64,000 bases of DNA from the NCBI GenBank assembly GCA_032718475.1, contig JAUCBJ010001989.1, forward strand, positions 1 through 64,000, written 5' to 3'. This document shows positions 40,592 through 54,600 of this stretch, piece after piece (within the stretch, counting starts at the first letter, position 1; each line of letters starts with the position of its first letter). The stretch is from Nemertoderma westbladi. Taxonomy: Eukaryota; Animalia; Xenacoelomorpha. The position numbers and the translations under genes are program-made. Under the pieces are notes generated by a model, which ran no database searches, had not been told where the DNA came from, and was given only the letters and a program-made list of their open reading frames with translations.

Positions 40592-40949
40592 CTAGAATGT
40601 GAAATCATTTGAAAGTTAAAATTTTGAACTGTTTAAATGGAGTGGAGTTAATTAATTTAAATTAAACAATAACAGTGGAGCGAAAACCATGTAACTTTTA
40701 AACGCCCATATCTGAGCTATTTTTCAAAGAATTTCGAATTGTGTTACATATTAGCAATCCTTATATGGCCAGCTTTCTATCAGTACCAACAATTAACTAT
40801 AAGATTGAAGAATAACTGCAGTGTGGACAGGTGAACTAACACCTTTTTCAAACGCTTCTAGCTAAATATTGAGAGCATAAATATAAATATATAGAGAATA
40901 TAGTGATAGAGATAAATTCTGGATCACACACGGAGGAGGAAAGAGAGCT

Positions 40950-41635
40950 ACAGCCTATGCTTTCCTAACTTCTGTGTCTTTTTTGCTACTCTCTATCCAT
41001 AACCCAAAGTACTGGAAGTCGTCAACTTTCCTTAGTTAATTATTATCAATTGTGGTCAAATTTCCATTAGCTTTAAAAGTCATGAATTCGGTCTTGGCAA
41101 CATTCATATGCAATCCAACCTCCTTCGCAGCCCTCTCCACTTTATTCAGTAGAAGCTGTGCATCTGCTAGCATATTAGAGAGCAGGGCGATGTCATACAC
41201 AAAGTCGGTGTCTGTGACTGTAGTTGCCGGATATCTACTTCTTCTGCGTTCTTGAAGTGTGAATCCCAGATCTTCACCCTTTGTGGCCGTCCTCATTGCG
41301 TAATCCAGCACAATTACAAATAGTAATGGTGCTGATGTGTCACCTTGCAGTACGCCAGCCAGGATTGAGAAGATCTCAGTCTCGCCATCGGGTGAGAGTA
41401 CATACGTATGCTTCTGTGTCACAATATTAGTGTCACAATATAAGAATTCAGGCTAGAGACAAATGCTTCTGTTATTCCATAAGCTCTTAGGTTTTCCAGC
41501 ATTTTACCTCTAAGGATGGAGGTGAATGCTTTGTCCACAATCAGAACTTCAGGAAGGTTCTTTGACTTAATTCCTTCAACCAGCCTCCGTCATAACACTA
41601 GTATCTGAGCTATTGTTGATATATTTGGTCGAAAT
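40950..41635 (-). mobile_element. Degenerate RTE-like LINE RT fragment (second family)
   Basis: ORF 41036-41422 reads GVLQGDTSAPLLFVIVLDYAM...TDFVYDIALLS (catalytic FADD mutated). Flanking frameshifted remnants are RRLVEGIKSKNLP and VDDFQYFG. Confidence 0.88.
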
Positions 41636-41705
41636 TATTAGTTAGAAATGAATGAACCCAGAAATGTACACAATAAATTACTTGTAATGCATAATATATA
41701 CTTAC

Positions 41706-41852
41706 CCCACATACAATGCATGTGGGCTGTAGAAAAGGTGGTGTGTAAACCTCACCAGTTGTCGGATTTATTGAACTAGAGTCGCAACTATGGTCGTTAG
41801 TAGGACTGTAGAGAGAATATGTTAAACTGCTGATGTCATCTTTGTCAGTAGC
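41706..41852 (-). CDS. Giant cadherin-like gene, exon 5 (cadherin domain; not in the ORF track)
   Basis: Acceptor TTTCCGAATACAG, donor GGG|GTAAG, phase 0-0. Translates ATDKDDISSLTYSL...SINPTTGEVYT. Confidence 0.9.
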
Positions 41853-41972
41853 CTGTATTCGGAAACAATAATATTACTAATGAACTCTCTACTATCATTC
41901 TATTTTGTTCAAACTGTGATACAATAAATGTGCCAGTCGTAACAGGATGGGTTTATTCTTCGTATTATATGT

Positions 41973-43180
41973 ACTACTACTACTAGGATCGGCATGCTGC
42001 ATTGCAGCTGCATTTTTAAGAATGCTGTGCCGGCTTGTCAACAAAATTGCACCGCCACAACTCCCTATCACCCATGACATTTGCTAGATCATCCGCATCT
42101 TTAAGGCCAGTGTCCTTTAAGATGCGTCTCAAGAAAGTCATGGGCTGTCCACCATGCTTATTCACTCCATGAGGCTGCCAAAGTACAAGATTATGCACTG
42201 GCTGGTCCTCACGGCGAAAGCAATGTCCTGCAAAGCGGAGGCGGTTTTGTTCTAGTGTCAAGCTTGGGGGAACCAATGAGACACCTCCAATGTTATATAG
42301 TGTCTGGTTGGAGATGTGTGCATTGTACTTGACACAATGAACCCGGCGTAGCATTCTTGTGAATGTGCCATCCAGAGATTTGGTGTCCTCAGCAGTTAGA
42401 GCCCAGCATGGACTCCCATAGAGGAGTACTGGAACTACTGCTGCTCTAAATAATCGGACCTTAAGTTTCCGATTAATTCTCGGTGACTTCCAAATCCTGG
42501 AAAGCCTATTCAAGGCTGCCCATGCCTTTCCCTTACGTATTCGAAGGTCCTCACCTGACTTCCGGATCCATGATCCCAGGTAACAGAAGTCGTCCACATG
42601 CTCAAGCATACCATCCTTTGAGCTTATGCTCATCCGATCAGAGACTTGCTGAGGACTTTCAAAGTTAACGGTCAGAATTTTGGTCTTTCTGGAGTTAATA
42701 AAAAGACCAACACTAGAAGCAGCATGTTCTAATGAGCTGAGGAGCCGTTGGGCTCCCTCTAATGATTCTGAGAGTACTCCTAAGTCATCAGCAAAGTCTA
42801 GATCAGTTAGGTACTTGGCAGGATTTCCTCGACTTCTGGAGCCAGTAGGTGGAGTTATCATCACCCCATCATCATTATGATGATCTAAGGACATGCGTAG
42901 AACATAGTCAACCACAATAATGAACAAGAATGGTGCAAGTGTGTCTCCTTGGAGGACGCCCCATAACACTTCAAATGGTTCTGTGTCACCGTCAACAGTA
43001 GACACAAATGTTGTCGAACCATCGTATACTGATCTGATTGCTGCAATAATTTCATCAGGAATCCCATATAATGAAAGTATGCTGAACATACGTGAGCGAG
43101 AGACTGAATCAAAGGCCTTGAAGAAGTCAACAAAGATAACAGCCAGATGCCTGTCTTTCTTTTTTGATAATTCTTCATGT
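41973..43180 (-). mobile_element. Young 5'-truncated RTE-like LINE with intact RT C-terminal frame, (TAG)n tail and 11-bp TSD
   Basis: VIFVDFFKAFDSV...GVLQGDTLAPFLFIIVVDY...LDFADD...FCYLGS is uninterrupted to the stop at 42016. TSD GTATTATATGT at 41962-41972 and 43181-43191. Confidence 0.95.
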
Positions 43181-43214
43181 GTATTATATGTGAATGTATT
43201 ATATGTGAATGTAC

Positions 43215-43435
43215 CTTAACTGTAGCTATGGGCCCGTAGCTCGCCTTGGAGACTGCAACCAATGAAATAAGACTAGATGGGTCAAAGATGGGTCTCTCAT
43301 CATCAATATTGATTACATAGACATCCAAGAATGTCGTGTAAGAGCATTGCATATTGTTGGCATAAACTTTGACCCTCATTGAAAGCAAAGGTGAAGTTTC
43401 ATAGTCGAGCGGGATAGCCAATACCATTTCCGTAC
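43215..43435 (-). CDS. Giant cadherin-like gene, exon 4 (cadherin domain)
   Basis: Acceptor TTTTATTGTAG, donor AAG|GTACAT, phase 1-0. Motifs PLDYE and VINIDDERPIF. Confidence 0.9.
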
Positions 43436-43851
43436 CTACAATAAAATCCACAATATTAATGTTAACAATTAATTATGGTATGGTAGATCACATAATAGAC
43501 ATTCTCGCAATGCCATAAACACGAAATGTATAAATATAAGATAAAAACTCTAGTTTATTGGCCCCGCTGCACTAATATAGATTGAGACCAATTACCAAAA
43601 ACAAACAAAAAACACTTTTTTATCATTTTCGTTGGGCAAAAAGTAGCAAAGTCGAAAGTGACATCCATGTGTGATCGAACTGGTTTTTCTCCAGATAATT
43701 TTTTGGTTTACAGTTTGCAATGCAAATCTCAATGAAACTAAGTTCAATAGAATAGTTATGAGTAGCGAATCTTGAAATATAATTTGATGGTAAAAAGTAT
43801 TAATGGTAGAAACGAATATACATGGAATAATCGATATTAATTACAACAAAC

Positions 43852-44039
43852 CATGTCCAATCGGTCCACCATTGGGTAAAATTGCAAAAAAATTATTAGA
43901 GTCGATATCACATCCATCAGTATCATCAATGATAGAAACACCATCAAGCAATTCTTTAGGAAATGCATGGGTGAAATCGAACACAATTGAGCATTTTATA
44001 TCATCACACACTGGTGTATTCTCCGGTATGTATAAATCT
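43852..44039 (-). CDS. Giant cadherin-like gene, exon 3 (not in the ORF track on this strand)
   Basis: Acceptor TATTTCATTGCAG, donor ATG|GTTTGT, phase 2-1. Translates DLYIPENTPVCDDIKCSIVFDF...NNFFAILPNG. Confidence 0.8.
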
Positions 44040-45142
44040 CTGCAATGAAATACATTAACATTATTCCATTCTATACTTTATACTTGAAACAATGAAATAT
44101 ATTTTATTAAATGTTACTAAAGGTTATTAAATTCGAAAAAGTTACACTTGTTCTTATGCATCATATTATATTATCCTAACGAAACCCCCTTTTTGTATCT
44201 ACCTTTATCTATCTGGTCATCAAAATATATATAAACTAAAGCATTCCAGCTATAGGTGCGGATTTAAATTATATATCGTTAAAAATATATAGCATTAAAA
44301 ATTATTGCATTCGTCTTGTAAATCTGGTTGCCAAAATATACAGCTAATTGTCAGATTCCACCCGATTTTATATTATTTTGTACAATCTTAAAAGATTTTA
44401 GCCCAATACAGAAAAACCATTTTCCCTGTACATGGTATAAACTATGAGTGCAAATAGTTACACTGCACATAAAGTTTGTTGGTATGTAATTTCTGTATAG
44501 AAATTTCTGTGAGTTTAATAGTTTAGACCTAATGGTTTTGTATACTGCTGTACTGCTCAGGTAGGTTTTGACTGCTGTTCATGTTTATGTTTTGTATTCT
44601 AATAATTATTTCGATATATTTTTTGCTAGTTTATTACTCAATAAATTTAACTAACTAACTACTTTGAGCGTCATATGTATCAGATGGTCTAAATCTGAAA
44701 TTAGACTTGAATTTTATATCAGACAGAGTTTAAACCCAACACATCATAATCGTCAACACAACAAGTCATCATCATTACACACTGCAAAATCTGATATTAG
44801 CATTAGAGATACAATACAAAGGAAGATTTTGGTGAATAAAATAACAATGTTGGATATGCCGCACATATAAGAATTAAATTTTATAGAGTTACAGCGTACC
44901 AGCTCTATCATGCATTACTTAAAGCAAGTCAGTAGTCAGAGATATCATTGGGTGATCATCATGTTCACAATCTTGTGCTATGGCAACCTCCTAGCTCGAA
45001 ACACACATGGTGGCCGGCCAATAACACTCCTTCAGCTGCTTTTCAAGCCTATTAATGAATCAGCCTGCTGAATTGTTGCACAATATAACAGGTACTTCAC
45101 AATTCGACCAATTATCTATATAAATATGTATTGTGTACTTAC

Positions 45143-45422
45143 ATGTTTGCAGCATTAACATTACAGCATGTAGGAAGTTTCCCGAATGTTGGTAACACAG
45201 TAGTCGATACAACTGTAGTAGGACATGGCTCTGGTGTAGCAGGACAACTTATTGGTTGAATTGTCGTTGGATCAACATCAATACAATCCACTGACACTAC
45301 GACTGACCCATACCCAACACAACCAGTTCCTTTGCGAACGATAAGTTGGATAAAGGCATCCGTGTCGAAGCAGTTGAGTGGCTTTACCAAAGTAATATGC
45401 CCGTTGTTTAAAGTATAATAGT
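45143..45422 (-). CDS. Giant cadherin-like gene, exon 2
   Basis: Acceptor CAACTTTCTCCAG, donor AT|GTAAGT, phase 1-2. Completes the last Cys-rich repeat (DYYTLNNGHITLVKPLNCFD...GYGSVVVSVDC). Confidence 0.88.
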
Positions 45423-45691
45423 CTGGAGAAAGTTGAAATTTGTTAAACGGCAAGTATGCTTAGACTATAAAATTTTCATCATCATATGCTCAAAATATAG
45501 CATGAAAACCAACATAATGCAGCAAAGGTCTGAAAGAAAATATTTCTATACTAATATAGATAGCAGGGCTGCTGATACAGCTAAAACTAATTGTAAATGT
45601 TATATATAAAGTAAGTAGTATGTAACAACATTACTACTGATGGTCAATTAATAATGTAATTTATTTTTCATTAAATTACTAAATAACTTAC

Positions 45692-48600
45692 CATGGTAAA
45701 AATGGGAAGTATCCATAGAAACGAAAACATTCCTTCCTATCCACTCATTTAAATCTAGCAGCAAGATGTCAAAAACCCTTGATGGCACCTCAATTTGTGA
45801 ATTAATTGTTGAGAGCTTGCAGCACTTGAGGGGTAAATTCGTTGTATAAGGAGTTGGAATAGGTATTGTTATAGTAGCAGTACAACTTGTTGCACTATAT
45901 GTAGTTGGACAGGATACCGGTGAAGTTATGGTTGTTGATTCAAAACAGTCAAAATTTATATATACTGATCCATAACTGTGGCAGTTATTATTGGTAAATT
46001 TCAGTTGCAAATAATATTCTTTAGTATTAAAACAGTCCATTTCTTCCAACACAATTATTTTGTTGTCTTTTATAGCAAAATAATTGTTCTTTGAATCTTG
46101 GGTTATAAGATAAACTGAAGGCAGTTCTCCATTAAAAAATGTTGAAATGTCGAATAATGGGGTTGTTGGAGATGTATTTTCTGGAATAGATAATTCAGCT
46201 TGGAATGACGGAATATCACAGCATGGCCTAGGAAGTTTTGTTGCACAAGGAGTTGGAGTAGGTGTGGTTGCAGTAATAGGACATGAAGTTGCTTTATATG
46301 TAGTTGGGCATGATACTGGTGTAGTTATAGTTGATATATCCATGCAGTCTATATTTATATTTACTGACCCATAACTGTTGCAGTTATTATTGGTAAATTT
46401 AAGTTGTAAATAAAACTCATTCATATCAGAACAGTCAAGTTCTTTAATCAAAACTATTAAATACTCATTTAGAGCAATATAATTGTTCTTTGGATCCACA
46501 TATATAAGATTAACTGAAGGAACTTTTCCTTGAAAAACAGTCGATATGTCCAATAATGATGCTGTTGGAAATGAATTATCTGGAATTGATAATTCAGCGT
46601 GAAGTGATGGAATATCACAGCAGTGCCTGGGAAGTTTTGTTGACCAAGGAGTTGGTGTAGGTGTGGTTATAGTAGCAGGGCATGATGTTGCCTTATATGT
46701 AGTTGGACAATATACAGGAGTAGTTGTAGTTGTTGACTCGATGCAGTCTACAATAATATTTACTGATCCAAAGCTGTTGCAGTTATTGTTAGAGAATTTA
46801 ATTTGCAAATAAAACTCTTTAGTCTCGAAACAATCAAGTTCTTTCATCAAAACTAGTAAATACTGATTTAGAGTGAAATAATTGTTCTTTGAATCCATAT
46901 TTATGAGATTAGCTAAAGGCGCTTCCCCTTGAAAGGCATTTGATATGTCCAATAATGATATTGATGGAGAAGCATTGTCTGGAATAGATATTTCAGCATG
47001 GAATGACGGAATATCACAGCATGGGTGGGGAAGTTTTGTAGTATATTGAGTTGGAGTGGGTGTGGTTGCAGTAATAGGACATGAAGTTGCTCTATATGTA
47101 GTTGGACATGATACAGGAGTAGTTATAGTTGATACTTCAATACAGTCTATATTTATATTCACTGACCCATATCTGTTGCAGTTATTATTGGTAAATTTAA
47201 ATTGTAAATAAAACTCTTTCGCATCGAAACAGTCAAGTTCTTTCATCAACACAATTAAATTCTGATTTAGAGCGAAATAATTATTCTTTGGATCCATATT
47301 TATGAGACTAGCTGAAGGTACTTTCCCTTGAAAGACAGTTGATATGTCCAATAATGATATTGATGGAGATGCATTGTCAGGAATAGATATTTCAGCATGG
47401 AATGATGCAATATCACAGCATGGCCGAGGAAGTTTTGTTGCACAAGGAGTTGGAGTATGTGTGGTTGCAGTAATAGGACATGAAGTTGCTCTATATGAAG
47501 TTGGGCATGATACAGGAGTAGTTATAGTTGATATTTCAATGCAGTCTAGAATTATATTCACTGAACCATAACTGTTGCAGTTATTATTGGTAAATTTAAG
47601 TTGTAAATAAAACTCTTTTGCATCAAAACAGTCAAGTTCTTTCATCAACACAATTAAATACTGATTTAGAGCAAAGTAATTGTTCTTTGAATCTTGGGTT
47701 ATGATATAAACTGAAGGCAGTTCTCCATTAAAAAATGTTGAAATGTCGAATAATTGGGATGTTGGAGATGTATTTTCTGGAATAGATAATTCAGCTTGGA
47801 ATGACGGAATATCACAGCATGGCCTAGGAAGTTTTGTTACACAAGGAGATGGATTAGGTATGGTCGCCGAAATTGGACATGAAGTTGCTCTATAAGTAGT
47901 TGGACATGATACAGGAGTAGATACAGTTGATACTTCAATACAGTCTATATTTATATTTACTGAACCATAACTGTTGCATTTATTATTGGTAAATTTAAAT
48001 TGTAAATAAAACTCTTTCGCATCGAAACAGTCAAGTTCTTTCATCAACACAATTAAATTCTGATTTAGAGCGAAATAATTATTCTTTGGATCTATATTTA
48101 TGAGACTAGCTGAATGCACTTTCCCTTGAAAGAGAGTTGATATGTCCAATAATGATATTGATGGAGATGCATTGTCTGGAATAGATATTTCTGCATGGAA
48201 TGACGGAATATCACAGCATAGGTGGGGAAGTTTTGTAGTATATAGAGTTGGAGTAGGTGTGGTTTCAGTAATTGGACATGAAGTTGCTCTATATGAAGTT
48301 GGGCATGATACAGGAGTAGTTATAGTTGATATTTCAATGCAGTCTAGAATTATATTCACTGAACCATAACTGTTGCAGTTATTATTGGTAAATTTAAGTT
48401 GTAAATAAAACTCTTTTGCATCAAAACAGTCAAGTTCTTTCATCAACACAATTAAATACTGATTTAGAGCAAAGTAATTGTTCTTTGAATCTTGGGTTAT
48501 GATATAAGCTGAAGGCAGTTCTCCTTTAAAAAATGTTGAAATGTCGAATAATTGGGATGTTGGAGATGTATTTTCTGGAATAGATAATTCAGCTTGGAAT

Positions 48601-51600
48601 GACGGAATATCACAGCATGGCCTAGGAAGTTTTGTTACACAAGGAGATGGATTAGGTATGGTCACCGAAATTGGACATGAAGTTGCTCTATAAGTAGTTG
48701 GACATGATACAGGAGTAGATACAGTTGATACTTCAATACAGTCTATATTTATATTTACTGAACCATAACTGTTGCATTTATTATTTGTAAATTTCAGCTG
48801 TAAATAAAACTCTTTCGCATCAAAACAATCAAGTTCTTTCATCAAAACAATTAAATACTGATTTAGAGCGAAATAATTATTCTTTGGATCCATATTTATG
48901 AGACTAGCTGAAGGCACTTTCCCTTGAAAGAGAGGTGATATGTCCAATAATGATATTGATGGAGATGCATTGTCTGGAATAGATATTTCAGCATGGAATG
49001 ACGGAATATCACAGCATAGGTGGGGAAGTTTTGTAGTATATAGAGTTGGAGAAGGTGTGGTTTCAGTAATTGGACATGAAGATGCTCTATATGTAGTTGG
49101 GCATGATACAGGAGTAGATACAGTTGATACTTCAATACAGTCTATATTTATATTCACTGACCCATATCTGTTGCAGTTTTTATTGGTAAATTTTATTTGT
49201 AAATAAAACTCTTTCGCATTAAAACAGTCAAGTTCTTTAATCAAAACAATTAAATAATTATCATTTAGAACAAAATAATTGTTCTTTGGATCTTGGTTTA
49301 AGAGATTAACTAAAGGAAATTTCCCTTGAAAGACTGTTGATATATCAAATAATGGTATTGATGGAGATGTATTGTCTGGAATAGATAATTCAGCATGGAG
49401 CGAAGGAAGATCACAGCATGGCTGGGGAAATTTTGTTGTATATGGAGTTAGTGTTGGTGTGGTTGCAGTTATTGGGCAAGAAATTGCTCTATATGTGGTT
49501 GGACAAGATACTGGTAGTGAGGATACGGGAATATTTTCACATTTAATATTAATCTTCACTGATCCATAGCCCCTACAGTTTAAATTTTCAAAAGATAGTT
49601 GAAGATACATGTCTTCTATATCGTTACATTCGAGTTGATTTACAATCATTAGTCTGTATGAATCTATTAGAAAGTATTCATTTTTTGGATCTCTGTTCCA
49701 GATCTTTATCGTGGTATTCGAGCCTTGAAAATACTTCGCAAAGTTATAAATAAGTGATGGTACACGAACAATCTGACCATAAATTGATAGTTCAGCATTG
49801 ATTGTTGGTATTATGCAGCACTTTCCTGGAAGTTTTGTTGTACAAGGAGTTGGAGTAGGTGTGGTTGCAGTAATAGGACATGAAGTTGCTCTATATGTAG
49901 TTGGACATGATACAGGAGTAGTTATAGTTGATATTTCCATGCAGTCTATTATTATATTCACTGATCCATAACTGTTGCAGTCATTAGAGCTAAATTTAAG
50001 TTGTAAGTAAAACTCTTTCATATCAGAACAGGCAAGTTCTTTCATCAAAACAATTACATGCTCATTAAGAGCAAAATAATTGTTCTTTGGATCCACGTAT
50101 ATAAGATAAACTGAAGGAACTCTTCCTTGAAAGACAGTAGATATGTCCAATAATGATGCTGTTGGAGATGAGTTATCTGGAATAGATAATTCAGCGTGAA
50201 GTGATGGAATTTCACAGCATGGCCTGGGAAGTTTTGTTGCACAAGGAGTTGGTGTAGGTGTGGTTATAGTAGCAGGGCATGATGTTGCCTTATATGTAGT
50301 TGGACAATATACAGGAGTAGTTGTAGTTGTTGACTCGATGCAGTCTACAATAATATTTACTGATCCAAAGCTGTTGCAGTTATTGTTAGAAAATTTAAGT
50401 TGCAAATAAAACTCTTTGGTCTCAAAACAGTTAAGATTTTTTACCAAAACAATCATGTAGTCTTTTAGAGAAAAATAAATGTTCTGAGGCTCTGTGATTA
50501 AGAGATAAACTGAAGGCAGGTTTCCTTGAAGAGCTGCTGATATGTCAAATAATTGCGCTGCCGGATTTGTATTTTCTGAAATAGAGATTTCAGCACTGAA
50601 AGAGGGAAGGTCACAGCAGCTTATTGGCAAATTTGTTGGACATGGAGTTGGGGGAAGCATTGTAGGCAAAACCTCAGATGCAGGACAAATCAATGGACAG
50701 ATAGGTCGCAGCAGCACTTCAGAAATAGATATTGGAAATCGATCAGGTTCTAGAATATTACTACTTTTTAGTGCATCTTCAAGTTGAATACTGGTAGCAA
50801 GCTTCTGGTTTGATTTATCAATTGCAGTCAAAATAATTGCATTTGTAGACAACAATGCATTACAATCTTTGTCATAATGTTGCTTTATTGCATATATAGC
50901 TGTTTGATATGAATTAGTAATTTCAGCATTTATTGCTTCTAAAAATCCATTCTCATTAGATGCAATTTCATCTCTACCTTCATTTGTAAGCAATATTAAT
51001 TGGTATTCTTCATTTGTTACACACATATCAATCATAACAGTATTGCTTTCTGAAGTTCCAATATCTGTTGCTTTGGTTTCACATTGGAAGCATTCACCTT
51101 TTAGTGTTGTAATATAATCGGAGGTTCGCAGTATGCCAGAAGTTTTATCAATAGCAAATAATGAACATTCAGTTGAGCTTTGTAGACTATATTCTGTTTT
51201 TCCATTGCCAACTATATCAACATCACTTGTAGTTAGTGCCGCTATAAAACTATATGGAGGTAGACAAGCATCAAAAGTAAATTGATAAAGGCCCTCAAAT
51301 TGTGGTGGATTATCATTTGTATCCAGAATGCTAATGTCAATAACAGCTATAGATATGCATAATTCACCAATTAGATTTATTTTAATTGTATGCCTATTCT
51401 TAATTTCATAATCAGAACCTTTTATATCAATAGCTTTATTGCGAACTACAAAGTTATCAAAATCATTTCCACCATCAACTTTTTCAATTGTAATACTTTG
51501 CAAAGAAGCCAAGTTATCAAAATCATGAACTTCAACAAATTGTGAATTTTCAGTTACTTCTGCAGTTTCATATAACCCATGGCACCAGTCTGGAAGAGGA

Positions 51601-54600
51601 GATGAACACTTACTGAAACATTTTACTGCATCATGATGGTCGATGTAATTCAATCCAATGTCAAGCAGTTCTTTAGTTGTATCAGTCAGATCACTGCTTA
51701 GTATTGTATATATCTGTTTGGAGGTCATCAGTACATACTTATCACTGGAAGTAAAATCACCTAAACGTACTGCAGTAAATTCAATAGTGCTTTCACCAGC
51801 TTTGGGGTTACAACTTTGGTCATAACGTAGAGCTACATTTCTAATCATAATGTTGCGAAATGATTCTAAACTTAATGTACGTGAAAGTATTTGTTTTACT
51901 TCAGATATCGAATTTTCAACATCTTTTAGTGGATTATTGAAATGCACACCAGCCACATTTGCATCAGTATGAATACAAAGATTAGCATTGGTATTTTTTG
52001 TGTGACCATTGGCATCCACAACCTGTGGTGAGCATAATTTGCATATACCAATGTCAGTTGAATCAGCCTCACTATCCATACGAACCATACCTGTACTCCC
52101 ATGGACAGAAAATGGTAAACAATTTGGTAAACTGTAAGTGAGAGTATCTTTAGGATCAACATCTTGGGCAACAAGTTTAACAACATCAGTTCCCAATTTG
52201 TCACATTTATTAGCAACACCAAAAAATGTATTCTCAGTAAACCGCGGAAATTCATCGTTTATATTTCTCACAATTACAGTCACTGTAGCAAAACGTATAC
52301 AATGCTGTAACAACACTTTAACACTAAGAACGTATTGAATTTCACCTGTATCAAAGTCAAGTGGAGTAAGTGTTACAATTTTATTTGGATTTTCTACACC
52401 AAATAAACCTTGTATGTCCCCTTTAACAATTTCAATTTCAGTTACACCTTCTACATTTATAATTCCAACTTCAGTATCAGCACTATTTTCTACTACATTG
52501 AATGTTTCATAAATAGCATCTGAAAAGATACATGATAACATTGGAGTTGTAGTAGGGCACAGTACTGGCTCAGCTGTTGTCATTAATTCATAATAATTTA
52601 TATTTATATTCACTGACCCATAACTGTTGCAGTTGTTGTTGGTGAATTTAAGTTGCAAATAAAACTCTTTAGTATCATAGTAGTCGAGTTCTTTGTTCAA
52701 AAATATTATATAGTCCTTTACAGCAAAATAATTGCTCTTTGGATCTGGGTTTATGAGAAAAACTGAAGGCAGTTTTCCTTTAAAGGCTGTTGATATGTCC
52801 AATAATGATGTTGCTGGAACTGTGTTGTCTGGAATAGATAATTCAGCATGGAGTGAAGGAATATCACAGCATGGCCTAGGAAGTTTTGTTGTACAAGGAG
52901 TTAGAGTAGGTGTGGTTGCAGTAATAGGACATGAAGTTGCTCTATATGTAGTTGGGCATGATACTGGTGTAGTTATAGTTGAAATTCCAATACAGTCTAT
53001 ATTTATATTTACTGAACCATAACTGTTGCAATTATTAATGGTAAATTTCAGTTGTAAATAAAACTCTTTCACATCAAAACAATCATGTTCTTTAATCAAA
53101 ACTATTAAATTCTCATTTAGAGCAAAATAATTGTTCTTTGTATCAGGGTTTATCAGATTAATTAAAGGCATTTTCCCTTGAAAGGAAGTTGATATGTCCA
53201 ATAATGATATTGATGGAGATGTATTGTCTGGAATAGATATTTCAGCATGGAGTGAAGGAATATCACAGCATGGCCTAGGAAGTTTTGTTGCACAAGGGGT
53301 TGGAGTAGGTATGGTTGCAGTAATGGGACATGAGGTTGCTCTATAGGTAGTTGGGCATGAAACTGGTGTAGTTATAGATGATATATCAGTACAGTCTATA
53401 ATGATATTCACTGACCCATAACTGTTGCAGTTATTATTGGTAAGTTTCAGTTGTAAATAAAACTCTTTTATATCAGAACAGTCAAGTTCTTTAATCAAAA
53501 CTATTAAATACTCGTTTAGAGCAAAATAATTGTTCTTTGTATCAGGGTTTATGAGATTAATTAAAGGCATTTTCCCTTGAAAGGAAGTTGATATGTCCAA
53601 TAATGATATTGATGGAGATGTATTGTCTGGAATAGATAATTCAGCATGGAGTGAAGGAATATCACAGCATGGCCTAGGAAGTTTTGTTGCACAAGGGGTT
53701 GGAGTAGGTATGGTTGCAGTAATGGGACATGAGGTTGCTCTATATGTAGTTGGGCATGATACTGGTAGTGATGATATGGGAATATTTTCACATTTAATAT
53801 TAATCTTCACTGATCCATAGCCCCTACAGTTTAAATTTTCAAAAGATATTTGAAGATATATGTCTGTGATATGATTACATTCTAGTTGATTAACAATCAT
53901 TAGTCGGTATGAATCCATTAGAAAATATTCATTTTTTGGATCTCTGTTCCAGATCTTTATCGTGGTATTCGAGCCGTGAAAATACTTAGCAAAGTTATAA
54001 ATAAGTGATGGTACACGAACAATCTGACCATAAATTGATAGTTCAGCATTGATTGTTGGTATTATGCAGCACTTTCCTGGAAGTTTTGTTGTACAAGGAG
54101 TTGGAGTAGGTGTGGTTGCAGTAATAGGACATGAAGTTGCTCTATATGTAGTTGGACATGATACAGGAGTAGTTATAGTTGATATTTCAATGCAGTCTAC
54201 ATTTATATTCACTGACCCATAACTGTTGCAGTTATTATTGGTAAATTTCAGGTGTAAATAAAACTCTTTCATATCAGAACAATCAAGTTCTTTCATCAAA
54301 ACAATTAGATACTCATTAAGAGCAAAATATTTGTTCTTTGGATCTTTACTTACAATATTAACTAAAAGTAATTTCGCTTGAAAGACTGTTGATATGTCAA
54401 ATAATGGTATTGATGGAGATGTATTGGCTGGAATAGATAATTCAGCATGAAGTGAAGGGATATCACAGCATGGCTGGGGAAGTTTTGTTGCACAAGGAGT
54501 TGGAGTAGGTGTGGTTGCAGTAATAGGACATGAAGTTGCTCTATATGTAGTTGGACATGATACAGGAGTAGTTATAGTTGATATTTCAATGCAGTCTACA

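Noticed and set aside
41036-43089. RT next to repeats as a diversity-generating retroelement or retron-like system
   Set aside because: The RTs are ordinary truncated non-LTR (RTE-like) copies with TSD and tail. No template/variable repeat pair with adenine-specific changes was seen.
42885-43451. Apparent 188-aa cadherin-retroelement fusion ORF
   Set aside because: This is read-through past the donor at 43214 into an off-frame LINE. The cadherin continues in phase at exon 41706-41852 (ATDKD).
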